Source: Capsulimonadales bacterium
Lineage (GTDB): Bacteria > Armatimonadota > Armatimonadia > Armatimonadales > Armatimonadaceae
Assembly (NCBI GenBank): GCA_033762295.1
Contig: JANRLW010000070.1
Span: 1-64,000, forward strand
DNA: 64,000 nucleotides
Reading direction: 5' to 3'
Shown here: piece by piece, positions 40,400 through 49,243 of the stretch
Position numbering within the stretch: the first letter of the stretch is position 1
Layout: every line of letters begins with the position of its first letter
The notes under the pieces: model-generated
Databases searched by the model: none
What the model was told of the DNA's origin: nothing
Seen by the model: the letters and a program-made list of their open reading frames with translations, nothing else
Made by a program: the position numbers and the translations under genes

Positions 40400-41266
40400 A
40401 TGTCTTTACCATCCTCTCGCTCACTGAGAGCGAGCGCCTTCACTCTCATCGAATTACTTGTTGTTATCGCCATAATAGCGATTCTGGCAGCGATTCTTTT
40501 CCCGGTCTTTGCTCAGGCACGGGAGAAAGCCCGACAGACGACCTGCCTTTCTAACGAGAAGCAGCTTGGCCTGGCCATCCTTGGCTATGTTCAGGACTTC
40601 GATGAAACCTACCCGGTGGCGAATTACCCGGCACCTCCGAGTATCGAAGCCGGTCTCGATGCCAATTCGCGGCTACACTGGTATAGCCTGGTCGAGCCCT
40701 ATATCAAAGGTGGCTACACCCGCACTTCCGCAAGCGCCGTCGGCACAACCGCCGGGAAGAAACTCAGCATCTATGTCTGCCCGACCTATGATAAGAAGGC
40801 CCGCGCCTTCAATCTCAATCCCTCATGGAGCTATGTGATCAACTCGAATCTCGCGCCGCCTCGCGCCCAGAACCCGGCCACCCCGGATATCCCCCCGGCC
40901 TGGGCAAACCAGGCTCCGGGCACACTGGCCTCTGTCCAGGCCCCGGCGAACGTTGTTCTGGTTGCAGAAGGCTCTGGAGGACGCGTCTACACCCCCGGCA
41001 ACGACACCGGCAACTATGAGTTTTACCCCGCCTACGGCACCGGGAAAGATACCAGTCTGACCTATATCTATGCACGTACGCGCCATGGCGGCGGATCGAA
41101 TGTCCTGCTGACCGACGGGCACGCCAAATGGTTCCGCTTTCCCGAACCGAGCTTCACCTCACCGGACAGTAACTACCTGAACGATGTGCCGGTGCAGAGC
41201 AATAACACCGTCGCCTATCAGAAGAGCCTCTCGCCCAACGCTCAGGCCTGGTTCCGCGAGGACTGA
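40400..41266 (+). CDS. Prepilin-type N-terminal cleavage / DUF1559 / H-X9-DG protein
   Basis: [33 protein letters not shown] and [17 protein letters not shown]. Confidence 0.9.
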   Translation: MSLPSSRSLRASAFTLIELLVVIAIIAILAAILFPVFAQAREKARQTTCLSNEKQLGLAILGYVQDFDETYPVANYPAPPSIEAGLDANSRLHWYSLVEPYIKGGYTRTSASAVGTTAGKKLSIYVCPTYDKKARAFNLNPSWSYVINSNLAPPRAQNPATPDIPPAWANQAPGTLASVQAPANVVLVAEGSGGRVYTPGNDTGNYEFYPAYGTGKDTSLTYIYARTRHGGGSNVLLTDGHAKWFRFPEPSFTSPDSNYLNDVPVQSNNTVAYQKSLSPNAQAWFRED

Positions 41267-41326
41267 TCCGAACCCGCGCTTTCGCAGGGCCCCTCCCTTT
41301 TTCCGTGAGCCCGTTCTCTTTCTCTT

Positions 41327-41656
41327 TCAGACGGGTGCAGACAGGGCAGGGGCCGTTTTCAGTCGACCGAGACATCGACCATTCTCATGCACGATCGGAT
41401 GATCGGGTAAAAGGGGGTAAAAGCGTTCGATAAGTCGAGCGCGACGGTCCGTTTCCTCCGGAGAAAGTCCCAAACCTCCCCGTGCGGAAATCGGTCTTGT
41501 GCTGACGTTCCAAAACTCGACCAGATTTTGGGAGACGTAATACAATTCTTCGCCCTGCTCCCGCAGCGTGCGAAGGGCGGTACGCACCACCATATGAGCC
41601 GGGTCGCCACGATGCGCGATACGGATCAGGATATTACTGTCGAGTAGATACGGCAT
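41327..41656 (-). pseudogene. VapC/PIN toxin, 3'-truncated
   Basis: MPYLLDSNILIR...QNLVEFWNVSTRP...GLGL; the C-terminal HDA/TFN-type PIN motifs are missing. Confidence 0.7.
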
Positions 41657-41898
41657 TAATCGTGATCGGAGTAGATGTCTTCGCGATTGTAGGTGACGGT
41701 GGGGTCGGACGGGATGTCTTCGGTCCCTTCCCCGATGGCGTCCATAGCGGCTTCGAAATCGTCCGGGAAGAAGGAGGCGGTTTCGGGCAGTTCCGGCAGA
41801 ATCATCACCCGGAGACGCTGGGTCCCGATCGCCTTGAAACGATCCGATAGTTCCTGTCCCGTTCCCTCCAGTATTTCGGCGGTCTGCATCCCAGCCAT
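41656..41898 (-). CDS. Putative antitoxin of the PIN toxin
   Basis: Small acidic protein ending REDIYSDHD; TAATG coupling to the PIN ORF; AAGGAG RBS. Confidence 0.7.
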   Translation of the reverse strand: MAGMQTAEILEGTGQELSDRFKAIGTQRLRVMILPELPETASFFPDDFEAAMDAIGEGTEDIPSDPTVTYNREDIYSDHD

Positions 41899-41930
41899 TG
41901 CTCCTGCTCCTTGTCATCTCTCGCTTACGA

Positions 41931-41960
41931 TCGTTTCCAGTCGTTTCCAGTCGTTTCCAG
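41931..41960. repeat. 10-bp tandem repeat TCGTTTCCAG x3
   Basis: Three perfect copies. Confidence 0.9.
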
Positions 41961-41995
41961 TATAGCGCAGAACGCAAAGGCAGGCGAAAAACGAA

Positions 41996-42216
41996 GCAGC
42001 CTGATGGAAAAATCATCCATCAGGCTGCCTGTTTTGGGTGCGGGTGATGGAGTTATCGCAAAGAATAGGCCCGCCACCCCTTCTCTGTACGCCCCGATCA
42101 TCGTGGAGACGGACAAATTGAAGCCGTCCCGCGAGCAACGCCGCGCCCTGTATACGACGTGGCCCCGCGAGGGAACGGCAGGACAAAGACCGCGCACGGT
42201 GGCCGCTGACAGGTGA
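41996..42216 (+). repeat. att-like copy B: hairpin + tRNA-fMet 3' fragment + conserved coding tail
   Basis: GCAGCCTGATGGA...TCCATCAGGCTGC; TGGGTGCGGG (42035-42044) is identical to tRNA 49746-49755. Confidence 0.85.
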
Positions 42217-42283
42217 ATCTGTCCCTGCCCGCTGTCAGGTGGCGGGGTGGAAACCCCACACCGCCGGTCGATACCATCACTTG

Positions 42284-43588
42284 ATGGAAGAGACGAACGA
42301 AAGCCAACCCGCACCGAAAGCGGGAAAGAGAATTACACGGGCGAAGGAAAAAGAGAACGGTCTACCGTCCGTACCTTATAACCGTGTGGACGATCCCGCC
42401 GTGCGCGGCACCTATCGCGCCAAGACCTATGATCTCTTGCAGGCGTTGACAGGTGGGCAACGCGGTGTTGCGGGTTCGTCGTACATGGTCAGTCTCGCCC
42501 AGTGCTTCGCCGAGGCTGTCGCCCTGCCGCATGATCCAACCCCAACGCATAAAGAACTGGAAGCCCTTTACGATGATGTCGATGCGGATGTTGATACCGC
42601 ACCCTTCTTTGACGGAGGACGACGGCGGATTGAACAGTATGAGGGGTTCACGGAAACCACGGGCAACTGGCGGGCGCACGGTGTCGGGGATGTACGGTCG
42701 CTCTACTTCTTCGCGGTGCTGGCGATAAACGACTTCGGCCATGACGGAGACGAAGACCCCCTGCGGATGGGCGGCTTCCCGCCGACACCGCACGGGATCG
42801 TAGGAGTACGGCGACTGGTTGCCCGAAGCGGCCATCGTGTTGGCCCCCGTGCGTCGGAATGGCTGGCCTACGATGCCTACCTTGGCGATGGTCTGAAGCA
42901 TCTGGGCGTCGAATGGCTGGACATCGAAGATGCCGTTACCGCCGCGTTCCTCGGTTCGATCCCGAAGCAGTACCGTGCCCTCCTTGATGCTCAGGATGTG
43001 CCGCGCCCGCTTTCCCTCATTCTTTGGAGACACGATTTTGAGCGGTGGCAGGCTGTCATATCTCATGCGGCTGCGATATTGAAAGTGGAGAAGGCTCTGT
43101 CTGCCGCGCTTTGCCCGCTCCCTTTCGCTCCGCTTCTTGGCTCAGGAGTAGAGGACGTTCCCGCGATGCTGACACGGCTTCGACAGGTCGTGACCGTTCC
43201 TGAATGGCAGGTCGTGACCGTTCCTAAATGGGCGGATGCCGCGACATGGCGTCTCCCTGACTTCAAGAAGGTAAATCCCCCCACGGTGCGGCCCGTATAC
43301 CGCGCGATTGCCGATACACTGGCAGATCGAATCGGTGGACTGTCGCGGGCGGCGGTTCCTCCCGATGATGCCCCCGTGTTCGCTCACCGACTTTTTGCGA
43401 GTATGGCAGGGAGCGGCGGCGAGAACGGGCGTCAGAGCCGCGATTTCCTTTCTCTGGTCGCTGACATCCTGTTCCATCTCGCGGTCGCACGTGGCTATCC
43501 TTCAGCCTATTGCCCCGATGGGTCGCTACAGTCCCCTACTTTCCACGACTGGAAAAACGTTCGTTACCTTCTGGCCGAACAGGAATAG
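42284..43588 (+). CDS. Hypothetical protein with an internal 24-bp duplication (43184-43231)
   Basis: Long ORF with no recognisable domain; QVVTVPEW / QVVTVPKW. Confidence 0.55.
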   Translation: MEETNESQPAPKAGKRITRAKEKENGLPSVPYNRVDDPAVRGTYRAKTYDLLQALTGGQRGVAGSSYMVSLAQCFAEAVALPHDPTPTHKELEALYDDVDADVDTAPFFDGGRRRIEQYEGFTETTGNWRAHGVGDVRSLYFFAVLAINDFGHDGDEDPLRMGGFPPTPHGIVGVRRLVARSGHRVGPRASEWLAYDAYLGDGLKHLGVEWLDIEDAVTAAFLGSIPKQYRALLDAQDVPRPLSLILWRHDFERWQAVISHAAAILKVEKALSAALCPLPFAPLLGSGVEDVPAMLTRLRQVVTVPEWQVVTVPKWADAATWRLPDFKKVNPPTVRPVYRAIADTLADRIGGLSRAAVPPDDAPVFAHRLFASMAGSGGENGRQSRDFLSLVADILFHLAVARGYPSAYCPDGSLQSPTFHDWKNVRYLLAEQE

Positions 43589-44050
43589 ACGGTTCTCCCC
43601 TCTTTTCGCGTAGGATTTTGCCCGAATGGGCGGTCTTCATCAGTTTTCCTACGCATCCCAGTTCCAAAGGTCGTTTCGGCCTACGATGCCTATGTCGTCG
43701 CGGACAGGCGGCAGGATCGTGAAAGCCCCGATCCCGCTGCCTTGCGACGATACGCAGGGTAAGACATTGGCACGGAAACCGCGACAACTGGACGCAGAAC
43801 TGGAACCCGCACCGATACTCCCAGAGGGCATTAACCTGGAGAGCGACGGCGCGGTGTTATCAGTAGCGTGGGTACGAGCGACAGCGATTCTGCTGCGCGG
43901 TATGGCGCGTCGTGACGCCCGCCTGAGTACAGGCTCCGTCGAAACGTCTTTCGGGAGTATTGCCACTGTTGCTACCCTGCAAAAAACCAACATCAAAATC
44001 CCCTTACCGATGTGAGGATGCAAGGGAAAGCCATGTTTGACGCGACGACC

Positions 44051-44444
44051 ATGACAACCACGACGGAGAACACCGTCAACCAGCCCTCTTATGAGGAAGC
44101 GACTCAGCAAGAGATCGAGGAGATGCCCCGATCCCTATGACCTCGGCACTTACGATGCCTGGGCCTGCGCGTCCTGCGGGGTCATCGCTGCGGAGTCGGG
44201 AGGCCCGCTGTATGAGTGCGGCGGATGCGGAACGCAGTTCAACCGCGACACCTCGCACGACGGATGCAGCCACCGATGCCCCGACTGCGGCAAATTCGCA
44301 GGGCGAATCGCCGATCACTCGTGCGCCGATTGCTGCATGGCTGAGGCGGAAGGTATTGAGGCTGTTCAGTGTCCTGAATGCTGCGAAGAGGTCGATGTCG
44401 AAACGTGGGAAGATCATTGGGACGATTACCACGCGACTTTCTGA
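44051..44444 (+). CDS. Cys-rich multi-zinc-ribbon small protein, possibly frameshifted
   Basis: Five CxxC motifs in the 44091 frame; an upstream ATG frame (44051) joins it if one C is removed at 44126-44129. Confidence 0.5.
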
Positions 44445-44564
44445 CCAGACGGGGTCTGGGGGAGGAAAAGACGGGAAAAGGAACAGTCCTCTAAGGGGGA
44501 GGAGCGGTGCGTCAACGAGGCTCACCGTCCGTCCAAACACGGGTTTTACTGCCCGAAACGAGCG

Positions 44565-44590
44565 CGGGGGCGGGGCTTCTCCCGCCCCCG
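44565..44590. terminator. GC hairpin between convergent genes
   Basis: CGGGGGCGGG-gcttct-CCCGCCCCCG. Confidence 0.5.
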
Positions 44591-44629
44591 TCCACCCCGC
44601 CGCGAACGGCACACCCAGAACCCGACAGA

Positions 44630-45271
44630 CTACTTAACAAAACTGTTGAACACGCCACGAACAACCAAGAGGGAAGTTGTAACGCTCATCAAACTTGGAT
44701 AGGTGTCATTTGGATCGAAGTAGTCAGAGTAGTATCCGTTGTATCCAGTCTCTTTATAATTTTGAATCATTTCACAGGGAATACCACTCCGACGCAGAAG
44801 AGCATAACCTGCCCCGTGCATAAACACATAGAAATGGCTAACACCCCTACTCAACGCATCTTCGCAGGCAACTCCTAATAGGCCGAAGCGGATCATTAGG
44901 CTAAGGCGCGGATTCCGAACGTTGCTCGCTAAGGCAAATCTCCCTAACTCTGCAATCGCATCGCGTGGCAGAGCAGGAGGCGGCAAATTGAAAAACTTTT
45001 CTGTATAGGACGGCTTAGGGTATGAGTTATTATAGATTACGCGACAACAGGCGATAGGAACACCTTTGTATGAAGCCAGAATGTGAGACGAATACGGATC
45101 GTATTCGTCTGAATCAAGACGGTCAGGGCAGGTTGACTCGTTTAGGTATCCGAGTTCTTCTCCGAACACCTGATAGCGGAAAGCCTGATGTTCTCGGAGC
45201 CGAGACATAGGCAACACCTCGAACTTGATCTGCGTGATTTCCAGGTCAGGAAACAGGTCATTATCAGCCAT
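44630..45271 (-). CDS. GNAT acyltransferase, FeeM/LuxI-like N-acyl amino acid synthase
   Basis: FRYQVFGEELGY, DEYDPYSSH, CCRVI and AELGRFA. Confidence 0.8.
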   Translation of the reverse strand: MADNDLFPDLEITQIKFEVLPMSRLREHQAFRYQVFGEELGYLNESTCPDRLDSDEYDPYSSHILASYKGVPIACCRVIYNNSYPKPSYTEKFFNLPPPALPRDAIAELGRFALASNVRNPRLSLMIRFGLLGVACEDALSRGVSHFYVFMHGAGYALLRRSGIPCEMIQNYKETGYNGYYSDYFDPNDTYPSLMSVTTSLLVVRGVFNSFVK

Positions 45272-45272
45272 C

Positions 45273-46064
45273 CTACTCCCCTCCCTGTTTCCGTTGAACG
45301 CATCGCACCAGCCAGTCCTGCCCCGCGTAGGTCGGCTTGATCTCGGTGATGTTCAGCCCGTTGGCGGCGAACATACGGGTTAGTTCGTCTTGGCTCCAGA
45401 AGTACTGGGAATCGCGCCCGTTTTTCACGATCCAGATGTTCATGATGCCGACCATGATGAGCGCGGGGATGATCCGCAGGGTGGCGAAAAAGTCCCCAAT
45501 GCCGCGACACATCCCGCAGTGCGCCCAAAACACCCCCATCGGGTTGAAGCGGGTCTGCGGCGTGGCGTGAACCATCAGGCCGTCAGGTTTCAGCAGGTCG
45601 CGCAGTTGGGCCAGCGTCGCGGCGGGATCAGGCAATGTGTAAAGGACGTTGGTGGTCACGATGCGGTCGCAGGAGGCGGGGCGCAGGCCCGCAGCGTCGG
45701 GGGAATCCCCAAAGACGAAAACAGCCCCCACCGACACGGGCACCTTGCGTTCGGCCCGCTGGAGCATGGAACGGGATGAGTCGATGCCCGTCACGCGAAC
45801 ACGGGGAGCGCGGGCCAGGGCAAACCGTTCAAAGTTGCCCGTGCCGCAGCCGTAGTCCAGCACCGCCATGTCGTCCTGCAGTTCCAGGGCGTCCAGTATG
45901 TCGCCCATCATCTGCTGGTACGGCTTCAATCCTGTAAGCGAGTCGTAACAGACGGCGTACAGGTTCCAGAACCCGCTCCGAAGGGTTCTGGGGGCCGCAC
46001 CAGCATCTATTGGTGTTGCGGACGATGCCGCATCTGTATTCTTGGCAACGATGTCGCTGGGCAA
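45273..46064 (-). CDS. Class I SAM-dependent methyltransferase
   Basis: VLDYGCGTG, GIDSSRSML and LKPDG. Confidence 0.88.
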   Translation of the reverse strand: MPSDIVAKNTDAASSATPIDAGAAPRTLRSGFWNLYAVCYDSLTGLKPYQQMMGDILDALELQDDMAVLDYGCGTGNFERFALARAPRVRVTGIDSSRSMLQRAERKVPVSVGAVFVFGDSPDAAGLRPASCDRIVTTNVLYTLPDPAATLAQLRDLLKPDGLMVHATPQTRFNPMGVFWAHCGMCRGIGDFFATLRIIPALIMVGIMNIWIVKNGRDSQYFWSQDELTRMFAANGLNITEIKPTYAGQDWLVRCVQRKQGGE

Positions 46065-46120
46065 GGCGTTCCCCTCCCTTCTGCACGTTCGACGCGGAAA
46101 GTGACGGTTCGCCGCGTCCT

Positions 46121-46885
46121 CTATTTGATGGCGTCGTTCGCGGCCTTCGCTCGCTCATATACGGCATCCCACATGGCGAGCGGGTAGACAAACAGAAGAC
46201 AGTCCATGCCATACATGATGGATGCGCCCGCGCCGTCGTACTGCTCGGTACAGTGTTCGATCAGGTGGCGCATCAGGTTCGAGTGCTGAATGTCCTCTTT
46301 AGCGTGGGTGGTGATAAACACCAGTCCGTCGCCCGACACGCCCATCTTGGCGAGGTTGGCTTCGATCATCTCCGCAAGGATCGAGGTCAGGTTCTCGAAC
46401 AGATATTCCGCGCCGAGGAATACGAACGGGTCGCGAAGATACTGGATTGCCAGCCACACACCAAGCATGGCGACCGCGCCAGGACTCATCGGAGCGTTGC
46501 GAGCAAACTCCTTGTCACCGCCGAGCGCGACGTAACCGTTCAGGGCGACCTCACCGTGAGTAAACTCCTCGGCCATCAGGTTCAGCATCGCCTTGAATTT
46601 TCGTTCCTCCAGCGAGCGGGGAAACTGGGCAATACAAGCGATGGATGCCTCGACTACCTGGGCCTCGTAAAAGTAAATCTCCAAGTACAACTCGCGCATG
46701 ATCGCCTGCACGAGTCTGGGGTCGCTGTCGGGCGAGGAGACGACTTTCCAGTATTCCTTCTGCTGTATTTGTCCCACCAGGGCAGCGATTTTGCCGTCCA
46801 GGTAATCCATCACCTCCTGCGCCGTGTAGCGGCGGTCGGAGATGGATTTCTGCATCGGGCGTAACAAAATAGAGGCTTCGGCCAT
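46121..46885 (-). CDS. Heme-oxygenase-like diiron oxidase (iron-containing redox enzyme)
   Basis: EEFTH, E, and HAKEDIQH (ExxH / HxxxDxxH) on a helical protein. Confidence 0.78.
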   Translation of the reverse strand: MAEASILLRPMQKSISDRRYTAQEVMDYLDGKIAALVGQIQQKEYWKVVSSPDSDPRLVQAIMRELYLEIYFYEAQVVEASIACIAQFPRSLEERKFKAMLNLMAEEFTHGEVALNGYVALGGDKEFARNAPMSPGAVAMLGVWLAIQYLRDPFVFLGAEYLFENLTSILAEMIEANLAKMGVSGDGLVFITTHAKEDIQHSNLMRHLIEHCTEQYDGAGASIMYGMDCLLFVYPLAMWDAVYERAKAANDAIK

Positions 46886-46897
46886 GTTCTTTCCTTA

Positions 46898-47569
46898 CTA
46901 TGCGTAGGCAGCGACGGATGCGACCAAGGGTATCTTCTCCTGTGGTTTGTGCGCGTCGGCGGCAAGACACTCACGGCACACGTCCACATAGGGGGAGCGA
47001 ACTTTGATGAGATGCGATAGATCGCGAAATCTACAAACCATCAACCGAGACGGGCCGAACTCTGGATGCTCGGCAGGTTCCCGATACTCAACATAGCCGA
47101 TCCGCTTGTAGTAACGCTCAAGATGTTTGAGGTTGACGTCAACAGTGATGAAATCCAAACGCGCTCCCATATTCCAGGTGGCGCGATATGCTTCGATTCC
47201 AATACGGGTCGGCAAAAGGGAATTGCGATGCGCGGCGGCGACCAACATCTTTGTGGTCATGGAAACCTGACGGGGGTAGGCGTCGCCCGCATATTTCGCC
47301 ATTTCGCACAATTCAAGATAGTAGCCCAGATCGCAGGTCAATCCGAAGTTTCTGCGGACTGTTCCTACTACTTCGTCGCCCTGAAACGCTGCAACAATCA
47401 CGCCCGTAGCGTCCAGTGGTTCCTCGACTTTGCGTCGTTCGTGATTGGCGTAGTGTTGCTTCCAGCCGAGTTCCTCGACATATACCTCGTAGCGGAAGCG
47501 GTATACGGCGGCGCGGTCTTCGTCTGATTGCGCGATGCGTATTGCGATTGATTGCTCGTTATTTTTCAT
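46898..47569 (-). CDS. GNAT acyltransferase, FeeM-like
   Basis: VYRFRYEVYVEELG, VVGTVR, TKMLV and YYKRIGY. Confidence 0.8.
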   Translation of the reverse strand: MKNNEQSIAIRIAQSDEDRAAVYRFRYEVYVEELGWKQHYANHERRKVEEPLDATGVIVAAFQGDEVVGTVRRNFGLTCDLGYYLELCEMAKYAGDAYPRQVSMTTKMLVAAAHRNSLLPTRIGIEAYRATWNMGARLDFITVDVNLKHLERYYKRIGYVEYREPAEHPEFGPSRLMVCRFRDLSHLIKVRSPYVDVCRECLAADAHKPQEKIPLVASVAAYA

Positions 47570-47745
47570 AGCGACCTAACAGACGGTGTGACTGCTGCTG
47601 AACCCGTCATATAAGGAAAGAGAAACGCAGGGGGCAGCATATTACCGACGCACAAAGAATTTTTTGAAGCGGTTCCACGAATCGCCTCGACGCTACCAAC
47701 GGTTCTTACAGGGGAGCGATCTTCCTTGCTCTCCACGGTTTGCAT
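47566..47745 (-). CDS. 59-aa small peptide heading the cluster
   Basis: AAAGGAG RBS 6 nt before the ATG; stop overlaps the next start (ATGA). Confidence 0.55.
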   Translation of the reverse strand: MQTVESKEDRSPVRTVGSVEAIRGTASKNSLCVGNMLPPAFLFPYMTGSAAVTPSVRSL

Positions 47746-47861
47746 GTGATCTCCTTTTCTCATACCTGCATACCTTACAAGCGTTTCCGATGGCAGGCAA
47801 TATCGAAAAACGATACGATTTGGGGCGAATCACAGCGAGAAAAATCAAGAGAAGTCTGCCG

Positions 47862-48115
47862 ATGTTTTTGCGCTTTCGCCCTGTTCGACTCGATGACTTA
47901 CCCGTGTGCGCGAGGATCACGCGGGATCGTTTTGCCTTCTCGACAGAAGCCGACCGTTCTGGTCTGGTGGAGATGTGGGGCGACCTTCAGAACGAGGAGT
48001 GGATGATCGGGGCAATGACAGAAGATGGTGCTACACTGTCGAGCAGGGCATAGCGTGGATGTGCTTCAAAGTGTTCGCCACCTCCGACAGCGGAGAGAAG
48101 GCTCGTAACAGGTAA
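47862..48115 (+). pseudogene. N-terminal remnant of a paralogue of the 48284-49243 regulator
   Basis: MFLRFRPVRLDDLPVC..TRDRFAF...MW aligns with MIFRYRPTRPQDLLSC..ARDAFAY...MW; frameshifted and truncated. Confidence 0.7.
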
Positions 48116-48283
48116 CTTACGTGTGGGATTGCGGCAAACAGGAAGCAGGTTGTTTTTCACGTCCGCGAAAGACCCAAAGCCGACCAGGAAACAGTTCATA
48201 TGCTTGTGAGAACGCATAGAGTGACAATGAAATTGCCAGTGTTCGTAAGATAAAAAGAGATTGACAGGTGCTATCGGGAAACA

Positions 48284-49243
48284 CTATGTTGCCTTGTAAG
48301 GGCGCAACTCCTCCATATGATGCTCAAGGTAGGACAGTAGACGACGTTTTTTTTCCGCGCCGCGCTTGCCAGCACTCTCCTTGTCCATCTCTGAGCCGAA
48401 AAAATTGGGCTGAACGTCCATAACCCGCCGATAGATCGTATCCCAACGCTTTCTGATGGTTACGGAAGCCAAACACAGACTTTCACTCAGCGACGTATCC
48501 GTATCACTGGACAATGCCCAAAGCAGCATTTCCTGCTCAGGGGGCGTAAATCCAAATCGCGGCGTTTGATAGTGAAAAAATGTAGTTACCATCGAACCAT
48601 ATTTTTGCAAGGCTTGTGTTCGTGTAATCCCGTATAAATGGGGTCGCTTCTCGCCATAAGAGGCTGGGACACCACCATTTCGGTCGTACCAGTCAGTAAA
48701 ATCGGTTATCCTGTTATAGCCGAAGGTATCGCCCCAGTCACAAGTTACCTTGTCGTATAACTCAACATAGATACCGTTCAAGCGATAACCAGCAAAAGCA
48801 AAGGGATGGCAGTCATTTATCTTGCTCAGCAAAAACGGTAGCCGCCCCGCCTCAATGATGTCGAATGCCATTCCTGATGCGATGCAAAAGAGAGTGACCC
48901 CGCTCGTGGCGTTCGCCCCCCTTACCTGTTCCGCCGATAAAACAGGAAGTGTCCCAGATCGACATTCTTGTAACCAATAGCCCGATGTGAGTGGGGGGAC
49001 ATCAGCGGTCGCGAGTCGTGATGCAAACGCTGTGTTCACAAACGCCATAATAACAAAAAAGACGATCTGTCGCGTATCACGCTCCTCAATGACCATACTC
49101 ATGGCGTTTCCTTCGTTTAGCATACTTAACCACATCGCCTTTATGTCCTCGTGATCGGACGATTTATAGGCAAAGGCATCACGTGCCTGAGCAACACAAG
49201 ATAGCAAATCTTGAGGGCGAGTGGGACGGTAGCGGAAAATCAT
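48284..49243 (-). CDS. Regulator with an N-terminal sensing domain and a C-terminal LuxR-like HTH
   Basis: FTPPEQEMLLWALSSDTDTSLSESLCLASVTIRKRWDTIYRRV. Confidence 0.72.
   Translation of the reverse strand: MIFRYRPTRPQDLLSCVAQARDAFAYKSSDHEDIKAMWLSMLNEGNAMSMVIEERDTRQIVFFVIMAFVNTAFASRLATADVPPLTSGYWLQECRSGTLPVLSAEQVRGANATSGVTLFCIASGMAFDIIEAGRLPFLLSKINDCHPFAFAGYRLNGIYVELYDKVTCDWGDTFGYNRITDFTDWYDRNGGVPASYGEKRPHLYGITRTQALQKYGSMVTTFFHYQTPRFGFTPPEQEMLLWALSSDTDTSLSESLCLASVTIRKRWDTIYRRVMDVQPNFFGSEMDKESAGKRGAEKKRRLLSYLEHHMEELRPYKAT

Larger units (their letters stand above)
29990..42044. mobile_element. Decayed genomic island A (sulfur-scavenging cargo), tandem at tRNA-fMet
   Basis: Bounded by direct repeats of the tRNA 3' end; visibly lower GC; gene remnants at both ends; no intact integrase. 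Confidence 0.7.

Noticed and set aside
41931..41960. Short repeats as a possible CRISPR array (also 23031-23078 and 18595-18627)
   Set aside because: Tandem units without spacers; no cas genes in the window.
47566..47745. Lasso peptide precursor
   Set aside because: No lasso cyclase, peptidase or RRE nearby, and no Thr at -2; kept only as a generic small peptide.
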